From Eledone cirrhosa (taxonomy: Eukaryota): a DNA stretch of 64,000 nt. Location: contig OZ024758.1 in assembly GCA_964016885.1 (NCBI GenBank), positions 21,452,001 through 21,516,000 of the forward strand, in the 5' to 3' direction. The notes below the pieces were generated by a model. The model searched no databases, was not told where the DNA came from, and was given only the letters and a program-made list of their open reading frames with translations. The translations under genes were made by a program, and so were the position numbers. This document shows positions 12,906 to 27,115 of the stretch, piece by piece. Numbering within the stretch: the stretch's first letter is position 1; each line of letters starts with the position of its first letter.

Positions 12906-13124
12906 TTACGAATGTTATTGGTGTTGTTGTTGAGGATTATGCTGTTGATTATGATGATGGTGATGGCGATGATGACGATGATGATGATCATCATCATCAT
13001 CATCATCTTCATCGATTCTTTTTTTACAATTATAATATAAAGTCAACGATTTGAGGTAATTTCTGCTGATCTTACAGCGTAAAACGTTGTTGTGAGGTGT
13101 TCCGATCAGCGAAGGTTTTTGGTG

Positions 13125-13810
13125 GGTTTGTGTGTGTGAATGTGTGTAAGTGTGTGTGAGTGAATGAGTGTGTGTGTGTAACTGTGTGAGTGTGTTTGTG
13201 TGTATATCAATGTATGTAAGTGTGTGTGATGGAATGTGTGTGTGTGACTGTGAGTGTGTTGGTGTGTGAGTGTGTGTGAGCATGTGTGGGTATCAGTGTC
13301 TGTGTGTGTGTGACTGTATCAATGTGAGTATGTGACTGTATGAATGTGAGTGTGTGTATGTGTGTGTGTGTGACTGCAAGAGTGTATGTGTGAGAGTTTG
13401 TGTGTGCGTGTATGCGTGAGAGTTTAGGCGTGTGCGGGGGTGATTATATGTAAGCGTTTGCGTGGGAGAGTGTATATATGAGCGTGTGAGTGAGAGTTTG
13501 TTTGTGTGTGTGTATGCGTGAACGTGTGGGGGTAATTATGTGTAAGTGTTTAAATGTGTGTACGTATGTGTATATCTGCGTGAGAGATTATATATTTGTT
13601 TGCGTGCGTGTGTGTGTGTGCGCACATGTATATGTGCATGTGTGTATGTGCTTGTGTGAGTATGTGTGTGCGCCCATGTATATGTACCTATGAGTATATG
13701 TGTGTGATTGTGTGTGCGCGTGCATGTATATGTGCGTGTGTGTATGTGCTTATATGTGTGTGTGTGCGCGATGTATATGTGTGTGTGTACGTATGTGTGT
13801 ATGTGTGTCA
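13125..13810. repeat. Degenerate (GT)n microsatellite field
   Basis: Visible directly in the sequence. Confidence 0.9.
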
Positions 13811-14252
13811 TGAAACATCAGTCGTAGGTAATTAATTGCTTAGCAACCACGGAATCTTCCAGTAAGATGACGTATAAAATGTTTAGTTTAGTTCCCACTG
13901 GCCAGGTAAAATAGGTTTGTTTGCCTGATATAATCAATACGCGAATGTAGGACAAATATTATAAACTATATTATTCCTTCATTCATAGATTCATTCATTC
14001 GCTCATTCCGTTAGCCTGTCAGTATGTAGTGCTATTGAATATGATCTCGGAACTCAAAACATAGAAAACTATTTGTGAAATTATAGTTAGTTTGAGATTG
14101 ATACACCGCAACCGTCAAGTTATCCAACGTAATCGTTTCTTAATCTTGATAGCGGGTTCGTATTGAAAGGTTGATGTTGTGAGAGAGAGGGGTAGAACAC
14201 TGGAAGGTAATATCCGTAGTGGTAGAGCACTCAGTCCATGGGACGAGTCTGG

Positions 14253-14393
14253 TAGAAGTAGTAACACAACAGTTAGTTCACCATACCCCGTTCTTCCTGT
14301 TCCGTATAACCATTACCATACGAGCTGAAGATCCGCATAAGGTGAAACAATTGTTCTCAGTAAGGTGAACTAACTGTTGTGTTACTACTTCTA
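14253..14393 (+). mobile_element. pLTR-like unit with minimal HHR (14319-14362) and 30-bp inverted repeat
   Basis: GAG-CTGAAGA-TCC gcataa GGT-GAAA-C AATT G-TT-CTC. IR arms 14253-14282 and 14364-14393; the unit ends in (TA)n. Confidence 0.7.
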
Positions 14394-14457
14394 TATATAT
14401 ATCTATATATATATCTATATATATTATATTATATTATATTATATTATATTATATTAT

Positions 14458-14715
14458 TAGTTCAGATTATAGTTTAAGCATAGACTCGCTGCTTTCAATC
14501 TTTTACGGTTTTATAAATGTATATATATTATATATAATCCTTATCGAGCCCTCTTTTAGACTTCATAATTTTTATATATATTAGTACAGATTAAAATGTA
14601 AGCAAAGAATTCCTGCATTCAACCTATTACGGTATCTTCAGAAGATCCCATGATAGAGTGAAAGCGGACATTTTTGCTTAAACTTTAATCTGTACTAATA
14701 ATAGATATTTGCTCT
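14458..14715. mobile_element. Two diverged family B fold-back units
   Basis: TTAGTACAGATTAAA...AAGCAAA / TTTGCTTAAACTTTAATCTGTACTAA arms around TTCAGAAGATCCC...GTGAAAGC. Confidence 0.65.
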
Positions 14716-14890
14716 CTCTCTCTCTCTGTATATATACATACATATACATACAATCCTAATAGAGCCTCTTCGAATGTTGGTCTTTGTCATTATTATTACT
14801 GTATATATATATGTATATGTACATACATATATGTATACAGACATACAGTAGTATTTATATATATACATACATGCACACACATATATATAT

Positions 14891-15234
14891 ATGAACGTAT
14901 CGGTTTACCGAACATTTATTATAATGCTCAGTTTGTTTGTTTGTAAACAAACAAACAGCCCGAATTTCGCCGTACAGTGTTTAGGCACCGCGTCACCTTT
15001 TTGTTCAACACTGACACAGGAACGATGTTCAAGCTTATTAGCTATCGTCAGCATCGTATACCTTCCTGCCAGATGGTTGAACGTCTGAAAGTATATACTT
15101 TCCTTGTGCATATTAACGGGTGAGCAGCCTAATTTGCATATCGAGTGAGTTCAGTCGACCGGGCGCACCGAAAACGATAAATGGAATAGAATGAAACGAA
15201 ATTTCATTTCTCACTCTTAGTACGGCACTTAAAT
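14891..15234 (+). repeat. Unclassified TA-associated interspersed repeat (family G)
   Basis: Homologous to 19645-20005(-) and 41909-42401(-); shared block CGTATACCTTCCTGCCAGAT(G/T)GTTGAACGT. Confidence 0.75.
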
Positions 15235-16113
15235 ATATATTTATATATATATATATATAAAATAATAATAATAATTACAATAATTATAATATATATATAC
15301 ATTAATTTTCGTTAATGTTAACCATAATTTAATCCGATATCACCACCAACACGACCATATCATTCTTACTGTTAGCATTACTCGTATTGTGATACAAGAA
15401 TACTATTAAGGATACTAACTTAAAATTTAAAATACACTATCTCTACATAACTATACTTAAAACAATCTCCACAACACCATTTAAAATAACCACTATATTA
15501 CTATAGCATATATTTAAACAGTGGTTCTGTGTATCTCTTCGGTTTTGTGCTGTAAGTCTTAAATGTCATTGTCCATCCTGGGCGGAGCTAGATAGAAATC
15601 TGAAAGAAAAGAGGCATTGTAGTGTGTTTGTCCTTGACATATTCCCGTATGAAAAGGCCAAGAGAACGACGTATGTTAACAGAACAAGCGTTAGATTTAT
15701 CATACTGTCCGCGCCAAATGTGTGACGCCATTTTATTCCGCGTCTTATTGATAGCTGGACTTTTATACAGAACATTATATATTTTGTATCATATATACAC
15801 CTCTGTATTGTCACCGACATAGGCCCTGAAATCTCTTTGGATAGATGCCCATTTTACTATTGATTCAGCCATCATTCAATTTGATGTTGCCAGTTAAGAA
15901 TGGTGAAAACTGATTCCTATCTTGTCCAGTGTATATATATCACATTCATCATTCATTGACGCCTTGTGAACTCGAGAACTTTCCACAAGCATGCTGAGTC
16001 ATTTTTTATTAGTCTATTGTAAGTACTTAATAATCGAGTATCTATATTAAATCATTCTCTTTGATTAAAGTTAATATATATATATATAATATACATATAT
16101 ATAATATTTATAT

Positions 16114-16144
<31 letters not shown>

Positions 16145-16179
16145 ACACATATATATATACACATATATATATATTTATA

Positions 16180-16213
<34 letters not shown>

Positions 16214-16245
16214 TATATATATATATATATTTATATATATATTTA

Positions 16246-16481
<236 letters not shown>

Positions 16482-16485
16482 CACA

Positions 16486-16666
16486 TATTGTTAAACTTGG
16501 GGAGGGCCATATTTGTGTAATATTGCCAGAATTAATAACAGAACACACTCACTGTTTGGTTAGTTTTAGCTTTTCGCTTCTGTGTCTTTTATATCGGTTA
16601 ATTTAATTTATTCGGTCCTCAATGTTGCCATTCACTGACCAACGGTCAAAAATACAGATACAATAT
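16486..16666 (-). mobile_element. Family D2 unit (other copies 18398-18555, 18590-18766, 19154-19233, 32160-32372, 57565-57720)
   Basis: Shared TTGTTA(T/A)ACTTGGGGAGGG(T/C)CATATT...GACCAACGGT block; always next to (TA)n. Confidence 0.7.
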
Positions 16667-16701
16667 ATTTATATATATATATATAATTACACATATATAC
16701 A

Positions 16702-16743
<42 letters not shown>

Positions 16744-16892
16744 ATACTCACTGACATAGCTGAAGGCATAGCAAACCAAAAGCCCATAACTGTTATTTGT
16801 AGTGACCAACTGTTATGATCATTTATGTTAAGAAGTACACATTTCAATTTTCATATTTTGCCATTGCTTCAAAAGTCAGCAGGCTGTTTTAT

Positions 16893-16958
<66 letters not shown>

Positions 16959-17040
16959 GGACTCATATAACCACACTCTACTACCCAAAGTATTGAGTAC
17001 TCTTGTGTGTAATGGTCTAGTTCGTTTTTACTGCATCCAT

Positions 17041-17084
<44 letters not shown>

Positions 17085-17137
17085 GTGTGTGTGTGTATAC
17101 ATATGAGAGAGAGAGAGAAGGATAAATATATAGATAA

Positions 17138-17405
17138 ATTTCTTATTAGCCACAAGGGCACAAAAGAAGGGGACAAATACAAATGGGGAGTTTACATACA
17201 GGTATATGAAAATAAAACTATTAATACAATAACAAATAACAATTGAAATCTCCAATTGGGTGGAGGTGTTACACTGGGGTCGTACACATCCCGAACAAAT
17301 GTACAACCCTCATCTCCAGGAGCACCAAGAGTGAGTACTCCCTTCCTCTATTCCTCTTTAAAATAAATACATAGATATGTTTCTTTTATTTGCCACCAGG
17401 GCATT
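17138..17405 (-). mobile_element. 3' UTR fragment of the same L1/Tx1 family as 11465-12905
   Basis: GCCACAAGGGCA...GGGAGTTTACATA...GGGGTCG.ACAC...TGTACAACCCT shared with 11480-11710. Confidence 0.75.
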
Positions 17406-17649
17406 AAAATAAATACATAGATAGTTAACTAAATAGATTGGTGGACAGACAGAATGTCAAGCAGATAGATAGCTAGGTAGAGAGACAGATAGGTAATCAA
17501 GCCAGATAGATAGCGAGAGAAAGAGAGAGATAATCTAATGGCAAATATATGACCTACAACAGTACTCTCTTTGTGCATGTCGGTGCATATCCTTGCATGT
17601 CTGTGCATATGTGTATACACTTTAATCCATTTGCACGTCTATAAGTCTC

Positions 17650-19153
<1,504 letters not shown>

Positions 19154-19261
19154 ATTACACAAATATGACCCTCCCTAAGTATAACAATATTTGTTTCGAC
19201 ACACGATTTCATATCAAAAACCTCGCAAAACTAATATATATATTTATATATATATACATAT

Positions 19262-19292
<31 letters not shown>

Positions 19293-19309
19293 CATATATA
19301 TATATACAT

Positions 19310-19352
<43 letters not shown>

Positions 19353-19569
19353 CATATATATATATACATATCATATATATATATATATATATATCATATA
19401 TATATATATATATACATATCATATATATATATATACATATCATATATATATATACATATCATATATATATATATATATATATATCATATATATATATATA
19501 TACATATCATATATATATATATATACATATCATATATATATATACATATCATATATATATATATATATG

Positions 19570-19606
<37 letters not shown>

Positions 19607-20125
19607 CATATCATCAAGGCTTTCCTGATCATTTTTTTTTTATATATACATACTACTGTACGTCTGTATACATATATGTATGTACGTGTACATACTTACA
19701 TTTAAGTAACAGCCGTACTAAGAGTGGGAAATGAAATTTCGTTTCATTTTTTCCGTTTATCGGTTTGGCTCCATCCGGGCGTTAAACCCACTCGATATGC
19801 AAACTGGGCTACTCACCCGTTAATATGCATAAGGTAAGTATATACGTTCAACAATCTGGCAGGAAGGTATACGTTGCTGATAATAAGCTTGAAACTAGTA
19901 CCGCGTTCCTTTGTTAGTGGTTGATAGACACTACGGCTTAATACGGGATGTTTGTTTACAAACACACAGAACATTATAATAAATGTTCGGTGAATCCATA
20001 CGTACATATATATATATATGTGTGCATGTATGTATATATATATACATACTACTGTACGTCTGTATACATATATGTATGTACGTGTACATACTTATATATA
20101 TATAACTATATATATATATATATAT

Positions 20126-20324
20126 ATTTATTAAAATAACAGATTAAAGTTTAAGCAAAGAATCGCTGCTTTCACCCTTAATTTCAGAAGATCCCGTTAA
20201 GGGTGAAAGCAGCGATTCTTTGCTTAAACTTTAATCTGTTATTTTAATAAATATTTGCTCTACGGTTCTTATATATTTGATATATATTTTCCTTATCGAG
20301 CCCTCTTTGGATTTTAGTCTTCAA

Positions 20325-20332
<8 letters not shown>
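20126..20332 (+). mobile_element. Family B fold-back unit (other copies 28911-29083, 38074-38300)
   Basis: Inverted arm 20126-20181, then sense unit TTTCAGAAGATCCCGTTAAGGGTGAAAGCAGCG...GGATTTTAGTCTTCA, then (TTA)n(TA)n. Confidence 0.8.
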
Positions 20333-20413
<81 letters not shown>

Positions 20414-21578
20414 GGGAGTTGGAATGTAAGCAACATTTATCTGTAATACCTTCAGTGTAGGAAGCAATCGATATTATGTTCCTTCATGTGAATGTAGATT
20501 TTAATATTCCCCAATCACATGATATGTAAAAGTTCTAAGTAGCTTAGATGCCATACTGGCCTGCATCTGACTGTACGATAAAGCTAATATGGATTGATTT
20601 TATCCACGTCTCTTCTAGTGGCTTCAAGACGGAAAAGTCCACGCCATAGTGTACACTTTCTTAGTTGCCATATTAGGTCTAGTCGCCAGGTGTAGAACTT
20701 AGCTACAGAAGTAGGCTGCATACTTAGGACACATATGTGAGTATTTCACCAGTGGTGTTTCACCAGTGGTAATTTCAGGGGAATAAGACATACTCCAATT
20801 TATAGATGAAATACGTACCCTTAATGTAGAGATGGTCTCATTATGGAGGTTGCTAAGAGCTTGCCCTGTTCAGAAGTCGTTTACTAAGTCGCCATATATG
20901 TTTTTAACTTATCACTCTCTGTTGTATCATAATCCAACCAACAGCTACTAAACCCAAGCGATTGCAAGAGAAGATGCTACGTATATCCTAGCAATATATG
21001 TAGCTACGTGCAACGTGATAGTGGTTAACAGGATAACAAAGAACATCATAATCAGTTTCTAGTAAAAAAAAAAAAAAAAAAAAAAAAAAGAAGTCCTTGA
21101 TATGTTAAGAAAATTGTCGATATGAAACTTTAAAATGTTTCAAAACAAATAAAAACGTGTTTGTACCTTTGCTCTAGGTCGAGATGAATGTCATAAACGA
21201 TGTGTATACATTTTTCAAAGAAATAACAAACAGAATAACTGAAGCCATCAGCTTGAAAGCTTCAAAATAAGTGATGGGCCTTCTATTCGAAATAAAGACA
21301 AATAGAGAACAAAGGCGAACAGTTACAACGAGTGTGTTCATCCATCAACCCAGACGATATTGTCAAAACAATAATAAAAAAAAAAGCAGTCGTTAAAATA
21401 CAAAATATGAAAGACTCACAAGATACAATAGAAATACTAAAAGTTCTCTTCAAGAAAAATAATAATCTAAACCGATTTCAGTAATTCTGTATACTATCCT
21501 CCCGGGAAACGTCTTCTTTATTCTGTCCGCCGGGGCCTCGGGGTATACAGCGAGTGAGCCCCCATTTGCTCATAATAG

Positions 21579-22219
21579 TGAGAGATGGGGAGAGCAGGAG
21601 AAACTGAGGCAGTAACAGTGTGAGTTTGGCTCCTTTGTGTTCAGACCTAGTGTATATGTGAGATGGGGAGAGATAAGAAGCCGTAACAGTGGGAGTTTGA
21701 CTCCTTTGTGTTCAGACCTGGTGAATATGTGAGATGGGGAGAGACAGAAGCCGTAACAGTGGGAGTTTGACTCCTTTGTGTTCAGACCTGGTGAATATGT
21801 GAGATGGGGAGAGACAGAAGCCGTAACAGTGGGAGTGTGACTCCTTTGTGTTCAGACCTGGTGAATATGTGAGATGGGGAGAGACAGAAGCCGTAACAGT
21901 GGGAGTGTGACTCCTTTGTGTTCAGACATGGTGAATATGTGAGATGGGGAGAGACAGAAGCCGTAACAGTGGGAGTTTGACTCCTTTGTGTTCAGACCTG
22001 GTGAATATGGGAAAGGGGAGAGATAGAAGCAATAACAGTGGGAGTTTGGCTCCTTTGTGTTCAAACCTTGTGAATATGTGAGATGGGGAGAGACAGAAGC
22101 AGTAACAGTGGGAGTTTGACTCCTTAGTCTTCAGACCTGGTGAATATGTGAGATGGGGAGAGATAGAAGCAGTAACAGTGGGAGTTTGGCTCCTTTGTGT
22201 TCAGACCTGGTGAATATGT
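21579..22219. repeat. 70-bp minisatellite, about 9 copies
   Basis: Unit GTGAATATGTGAGATGGGGAGAGACAGAAGCCGTAACAGTGGGAGTTTGACTCCTTTGTGTTCAGACCTG. Confidence 0.95.
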
Positions 22220-22244
22220 ATATATTTCCTTTACAGAATAGCCA

Positions 22245-22325
22245 GTGTATTGTACTTACGATCATGAAGTCGTGGGTTCCATTCCTAGATTGGGCTCTGT
22301 GTTGTTGTCTTTCTGCAAGACACAT
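22245..22325 (+). mobile_element. tRNA-SINE head fragment (S2-like)
   Basis: B-box-like GGGTTCCATTCC followed by GTTGTCTTTCTGCAAGACAC. Confidence 0.5.
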
Positions 22326-23119
22326 GATTACAATGTTTTAAAGTTTCTATATGTGGGTCGGCTCTGCTGCTATACATAGCCATATCTGATGCAAAAGAAT
22401 AAACACCACTATACACATTGGCTTAACGTTGGTCCCAAGCATCCACTAGCCTATAGATCATATATATGAAGCCTTATCTCTCTGCCCTTTCTATCGATTC
22501 TATGCTGGCCTCTGCAAGACACCCTCTCCCTTTCTTTAAGACATTTCCCGATGTGCTTATTTTTTGTTGTCGTCACAGTAATTTGTCCATCCCATCCAGA
22601 CACTGCACTAACAATTCCGGCCATTACTTCCTTCTTGCAATATTCAATGCTGTAAGTTCTCTACAAGCACTTACCTTTCTTCCTCAAAGTCTGAATTTGC
22701 AGCTGTTGAAGGGAAATGAAATATTAATGCCAACAATATCAGTTGGTCTCGTAACGGAAGAAAGTGTCATTTTCTAAGCCACATCTAGATAATGGCATTA
22801 GACTGAAAATATTCGCTCAAATGATATCCTTAAGAATAAGAAAATAGACTTATTCATGTACAATTCTACAATAAACAAAAGTAGATGTATTCATGTACCA
22901 TTCTACAATAAACAAAATACAATGAGTTCTCTTTTATTTTAGCAAGCTCATTACGGTTGAAATCACTGAAGTCTTTCTAACTAATTCCACGTATGTTGAT
23001 ACTAGCATAATAAATGTTTTTGGTTTATATAATATATAAAGAATCAGGAACGATGACCAGAGGAAAAGCAAACCAAAAAAGTAAATCAGGTGTTTTACTA
23101 ACGAGGGATAAATGTTTTA

Positions 23120-23317
23120 CCCTTTAGCATTTAAAGCGGTTGTATCCTGCAAGAATTCTCTCATCTCTTTCTATTCAACTGACAATATATGGCCACTCAT
23201 ACTGATATAAATGACATGAAAATGTCCAGGATTCAATATTATGTGATAATTATGTGAGGCAAATCATTTACCACGTAAATAAGATAATATATATAGAGTA
23301 ATGTAAATGCTAAAGGG
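23120..23317. mobile_element. piggyBac-type MITE
   Basis: TIRs CCCTTTAGCATTTA / TAAATGCTAAAGGG, flanked by TTTA and TTAA. Confidence 0.8.
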
Positions 23318-23646
23318 TTAATGAAAATATATATTTTGTGGCTTTTGCGGTCCGGGTGGATATGTCGAGTTTTGGTTATGACTTGGGTGGTACAGACATG
23401 TGGCCATTTCTAAAGTCATGTCTAGAAAATTGACAGACCTTACCTGAACAGTAATATTCATGCAATAATTCTTGGAAAATTCAATAAGTAGTAATGTGGG
23501 CTTTTTTTATATATATATTCAAGTCTAGGCTGATTAAAATATTTAACAATATATGTATAAATCATTTTACAACAGTTTTTCTACACTTGCTTGATTAGAC
23601 GGCCACAGAGAATGAAAGAAAGAGAAAGAGATACATATATACATAT

Positions 23647-23685
<39 letters not shown>

Positions 23686-23686
23686 T

Positions 23687-23748
<62 letters not shown>

Positions 23749-23750
<2 letters not shown>

Positions 23751-23978
23751 CGAAGGGAATATGGTAAGGAACCAGATGGATCATAACGCACCAAAGTACT
23801 CAATACTTAGGGCAGTAGAGTGGGTAATAGGAACGAGTAGGACCCCGACGGCTGAGCTAAAGGCGTTTCAATTGCTAATTCTCGACTAAATGTTTAGTCC
23901 AGAATTAGCCGACTAAAAATGTAGTCCAGAATTAGCCGTCGAAACGGCATGAGCTCAGCCGTCGGGGTCCTACTCGTT

Positions 23979-23982
<4 letters not shown>
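23749..23982. mobile_element. Family C fold-back unit (other copies 25127-25309, 25345-25541, 29428-29490, 38570-38622, 39843-40016)
   Basis: Sense TAGCCGTC-GAAA-CGGC N9 GCCG-TC-GGGGTC...AAGTATTGAGTACT...CTTCGTT(TA)n, occurring as inverted pairs. Confidence 0.8.
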
Positions 23983-24011
<29 letters not shown>

Positions 24012-24067
24012 CTATATACATATAAATATAGAGATTAACGGGCAAAAAAAATATAAGAGATCTCCTG

Positions 24068-24115
<48 letters not shown>

Positions 24116-24308
24116 GTTATTCCGGGTTGAATCGGAGGTAACCACAGTAAGTAAGGTACTCAATACATAGCAGAGTATAAAAGTTTTAATATAGATGAGA
24201 TTCTACAGGACTAGAACTGTTTCATTCATTAGAAATCATCAGGAATCCTGATGATTTCTAATGAATGAAACAGTTCTAGTCCTGTAGAATCTCATCTATA
24301 TTAAAACT
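24116..24308. mobile_element. Family F unit with a perfect 127-bp palindrome and an HHR-like core
   Basis: Arms 24182-24244 and 24246-24308; CTGATGA-TTTC TAAT GAAT-GAAA-C...GTC starts 3 nt from the axis; shares GTACTCAATAC with family C. Confidence 0.75.
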
Positions 24309-24679
24309 ATATATATATATATATATAAGAGAGAAAGACTACCATTTACTATTTCAATTTTTACTTCTCAGTTTATAACAAGTAATATTTCCCGTGAGTT
24401 CAATTTAACTCACTAAAGTATCTCTAACATAACTTTATATCTTTCCTTTATTCCACTTTATATCTTTCATTTCCTGATATTAAACTCTTCTATTATTTTC
24501 TTCTACAATATCATAATTGTTTTTTTTTACTTTCTCCAAATTTTAATCTTCTCTGTATATTTTACAAGCTATTGCCGTCATACAGTGATCCGGTTTTATC
24601 CAGTCTATCCAGTTTGATTCAAATGAAACTGCGTCAAGATAGAAATATATTTTAGTACGCCATACTTCAACGCTGGTAT

Positions 24680-24920
24680 TTCTTTCGTTTCCAAAACGCG
24701 TTATTTTGTAATGCCAATTCTTTGCTCGGTATGGCTCCCAGAGATTTCATATTTATTGTTTCAAGATGAATTATAAGAAAGATTACCTCGATTTCCTTTT
24801 CCATTGATTTCGACTAATTTAAGATGTCATCTCTTTTTTATGTACTCCTACCCACGTCTTCTAAGAACAGCGTTTTTCTATGCCATTGATCACATTATTC
24901 GCAGAGGAATCACCAGGTGT
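24680..24920 (-). mobile_element. Possible highly decayed R4/Dong endonuclease fragment
   Basis: Broken translation ...SMEKEIEVIFLII.LETI...LALQ resembles the 9575-9801 motif; weak. Confidence 0.3.
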
Positions 24921-25306
24921 GTTTCATTCTTAATTAGTTACTAAGCCACCATAATTGATTTGGTAGGAACTAAGTCCCTTATGGTTTCTCCTATGATCTC
25001 ATTATATTCATTAGATGTCTAGTATTCGCTTTCTCTGTTTCACTGTCTTAAATTGAATTTTCTGTTCTTCATACATAACAAATTACTTATATTACTATAT
25101 TACTATATATATATGTGTGTGTATATAGGAAAAGAGTCAGGACTCCGACGGCCGAGCTCCAGTCATTTCGACAGGTAGATCCGAACTATTCGGATCTAGC
25201 TCTCGAAACGGCCGGAGCTCAGCCGTCGGGTACCCACTCTACTTGCCTAAGTATCGAGTACTCTGGTACGTTATGCTCCACCTGGTCTCTTACCACACTA
25301 TCTTTG

Positions 25307-25346
<40 letters not shown>

Positions 25347-25735
25347 CGAAGGAATTGTGGTAAGGAACCTGATGGACCATAACGCACCAAAGTACTCAAT
25401 ACTTAGGGTAGTAGCGTGGGTAATAGGAACAAGTATGACCCCGACGGCAGAGTTCATGCCGTTTCGACGGCTATTTCTGGACTAAATAGAAATAGCCGTC
25501 GAAACGGCTTGAGCTCTGCCGTCGGGGTCATACTTGTTCCTATATATATCTAAAGTGTGTGCGTGTGTGTGTGTGTCTTTGTGTGTCAGCGTCTGTGTTC
25601 ATCAATATATGTGGATATCTTTGTGTGTATACAAAGCCAATCAAAAGAGGTTTACAAAAGAATTGATAACAAAATCGTGTAATTGTCTCTCGACAGTTGT
25701 CTAAACCTATACAATATATTTATATATATATATTA

Positions 25736-25946
25736 TTAGAAAGTGAGGTTTTTTTTACAAATTGAAAAATAACCGAGGTGTCCTACACGAGGGAAAGTAT
25801 AAAGAAGAAAAGATGAAATCGAAAATGCAACTGGAGTCTTATTTTTTTTTAAATATATATATTTATTTGGTTCCTTTACCGGTTTCGCAGTTCTTCTGCT
25901 TTTCAAAAGTATAGTTGAGATGGAGGGTCTGTGGTTTTTCTCACAA
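25736..25946 (-). mobile_element. Family E unit carrying a U3-A8 HHR variant (25873-25910)
   Basis: Near-identical to 49686-49898 and 54228-54440; flanked by (TA)n. Confidence 0.8.
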
Positions 25947-26105
25947 TATATATATATATATATATATAGAAGAAGTTTATGAAACGGAAATGCGTTTTTA
26001 AACACACCGGATTTTAAAACACACTTTATTATACGTTGAGCAATCTCCGACGTCGGTTGACTCCATCCAATGCGACTACTTAGTAACATTGGAATACAAA
26101 TTTAC

Positions 26106-26148
<43 letters not shown>

Positions 26149-26169
26149 ATACGGTGAAATATATATATA

Positions 26170-26445
26170 TTAATTCAAAATATTAATAAATATAGACATT
26201 CATGTGATCAAATATATTTTATTATATATATTTCAGAGGTACTGTGCTGTTTCCTCAGTACGTCCTCATCAGATAAAATAAATTGATGTCTGACATACCC
26301 CAACTGTACTGATGGTTCAATTCCCGTCCTGACAGTGATTAGTAATGACAAAACTCAGTATTTATATAACATAAGCATGAGTGCTTCTAATCTATTGTAA
26401 AACTATATTCATTGATTAATCAATGAACCTGGGTTTAACTTGTGG

Positions 26446-26450
<5 letters not shown>
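26170..26450 (-). mobile_element. Family A unit with intact type I HHR (26215-26280)
   Basis: TATTTTAT-CTGATGA-GGACGTACTG...CAGTACCTCT-GAAA-T ATAT A-TA-ATAAAATA; perfect 8-bp helix I. Confidence 0.8.
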
Positions 26451-26476
<26 letters not shown>

Positions 26477-26479
<3 letters not shown>

Positions 26480-26972
26480 CACCGTATTTTTTTACTAAAG
26501 AAATGTTAGCCTGATAATGGGGTTTAGAATCCTCAGGTAAATTGAAAAAGATGAGTATTAATGTACATGGGAGTCGAACCCACATGTTTGGTTATCCAGA
26601 CCACTGTACTACCATTACACCAACACATCACCCATCTCCTTCCATTCAAATTAGAAGCTACATTCTATAAATGACAAACACGTATATTTTGAAACAGTGA
26701 GCAGGTTGGAAATTAGAAAATAGAATAGCGTTCATGGCTTCTAATTTGAATGGAAGGAGATGGGTGTGATGTGTTGGTGTAATGGTAGCACATTGGTCTG
26801 GATAACCAAAGATGTGGGTTCGACTCCCGTGTACGTCAATACTCATCTTTTTTCCATTTACCTGAGGGTTCTAAACCCCACTATCAGGCTAAAATTTCTT
26901 TAATCTAAAAAATACGGTGAAAGCTATTCTATTTTCTAATTTCAAACCTGCTCACTGTTTCAAAACATACTT
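26477..26972. mobile_element. Fold-back element containing two inverted tRNA-like cloverleaves
   Basis: Arms 26477-26658 and 26737-26922; the spacer 26661-26729 contains the reverse complement of 26923-26970. Confidence 0.8.
26768..26838 (+). tRNA. tRNA-like sequence (pseudo-tRNA or SINE head), GGA anticodon; second copy 26559-26629(-)
   Basis: A box TGGTGTAATGG; D stem GTGT/GCAC; anticodon stem TTGGT/ACCAA with loop CTGGATA; B box GGTTCGACTCC; acceptor GATGTGT/GTACGTC with several G-U pairs. Confidence 0.6.
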
Positions 26973-27000
26973 ACTTGATATATATATATATATATGGCTA

Positions 27001-27073
27001 TCAATGGCGATCATCGAAATATATATAGCAGTAAATAAAGGATTATGAGTTCATGCAATTGACTTATGTTTCG

Positions 27074-27115
<42 letters not shown>

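Noticed and set aside
21579-22219. CRISPR-like regular repeat with a hairpin
   Set aside because: The whole 70-bp unit repeats; there are no unique spacers and no cas genes, and the context is eukaryotic.
26768-26838. Functional tRNA-Ser(GGA) gene
   Set aside because: No long variable arm, pyrimidine at position 37, weak acceptor stem, and it lies in a duplicated repeat; kept only as tRNA-like.
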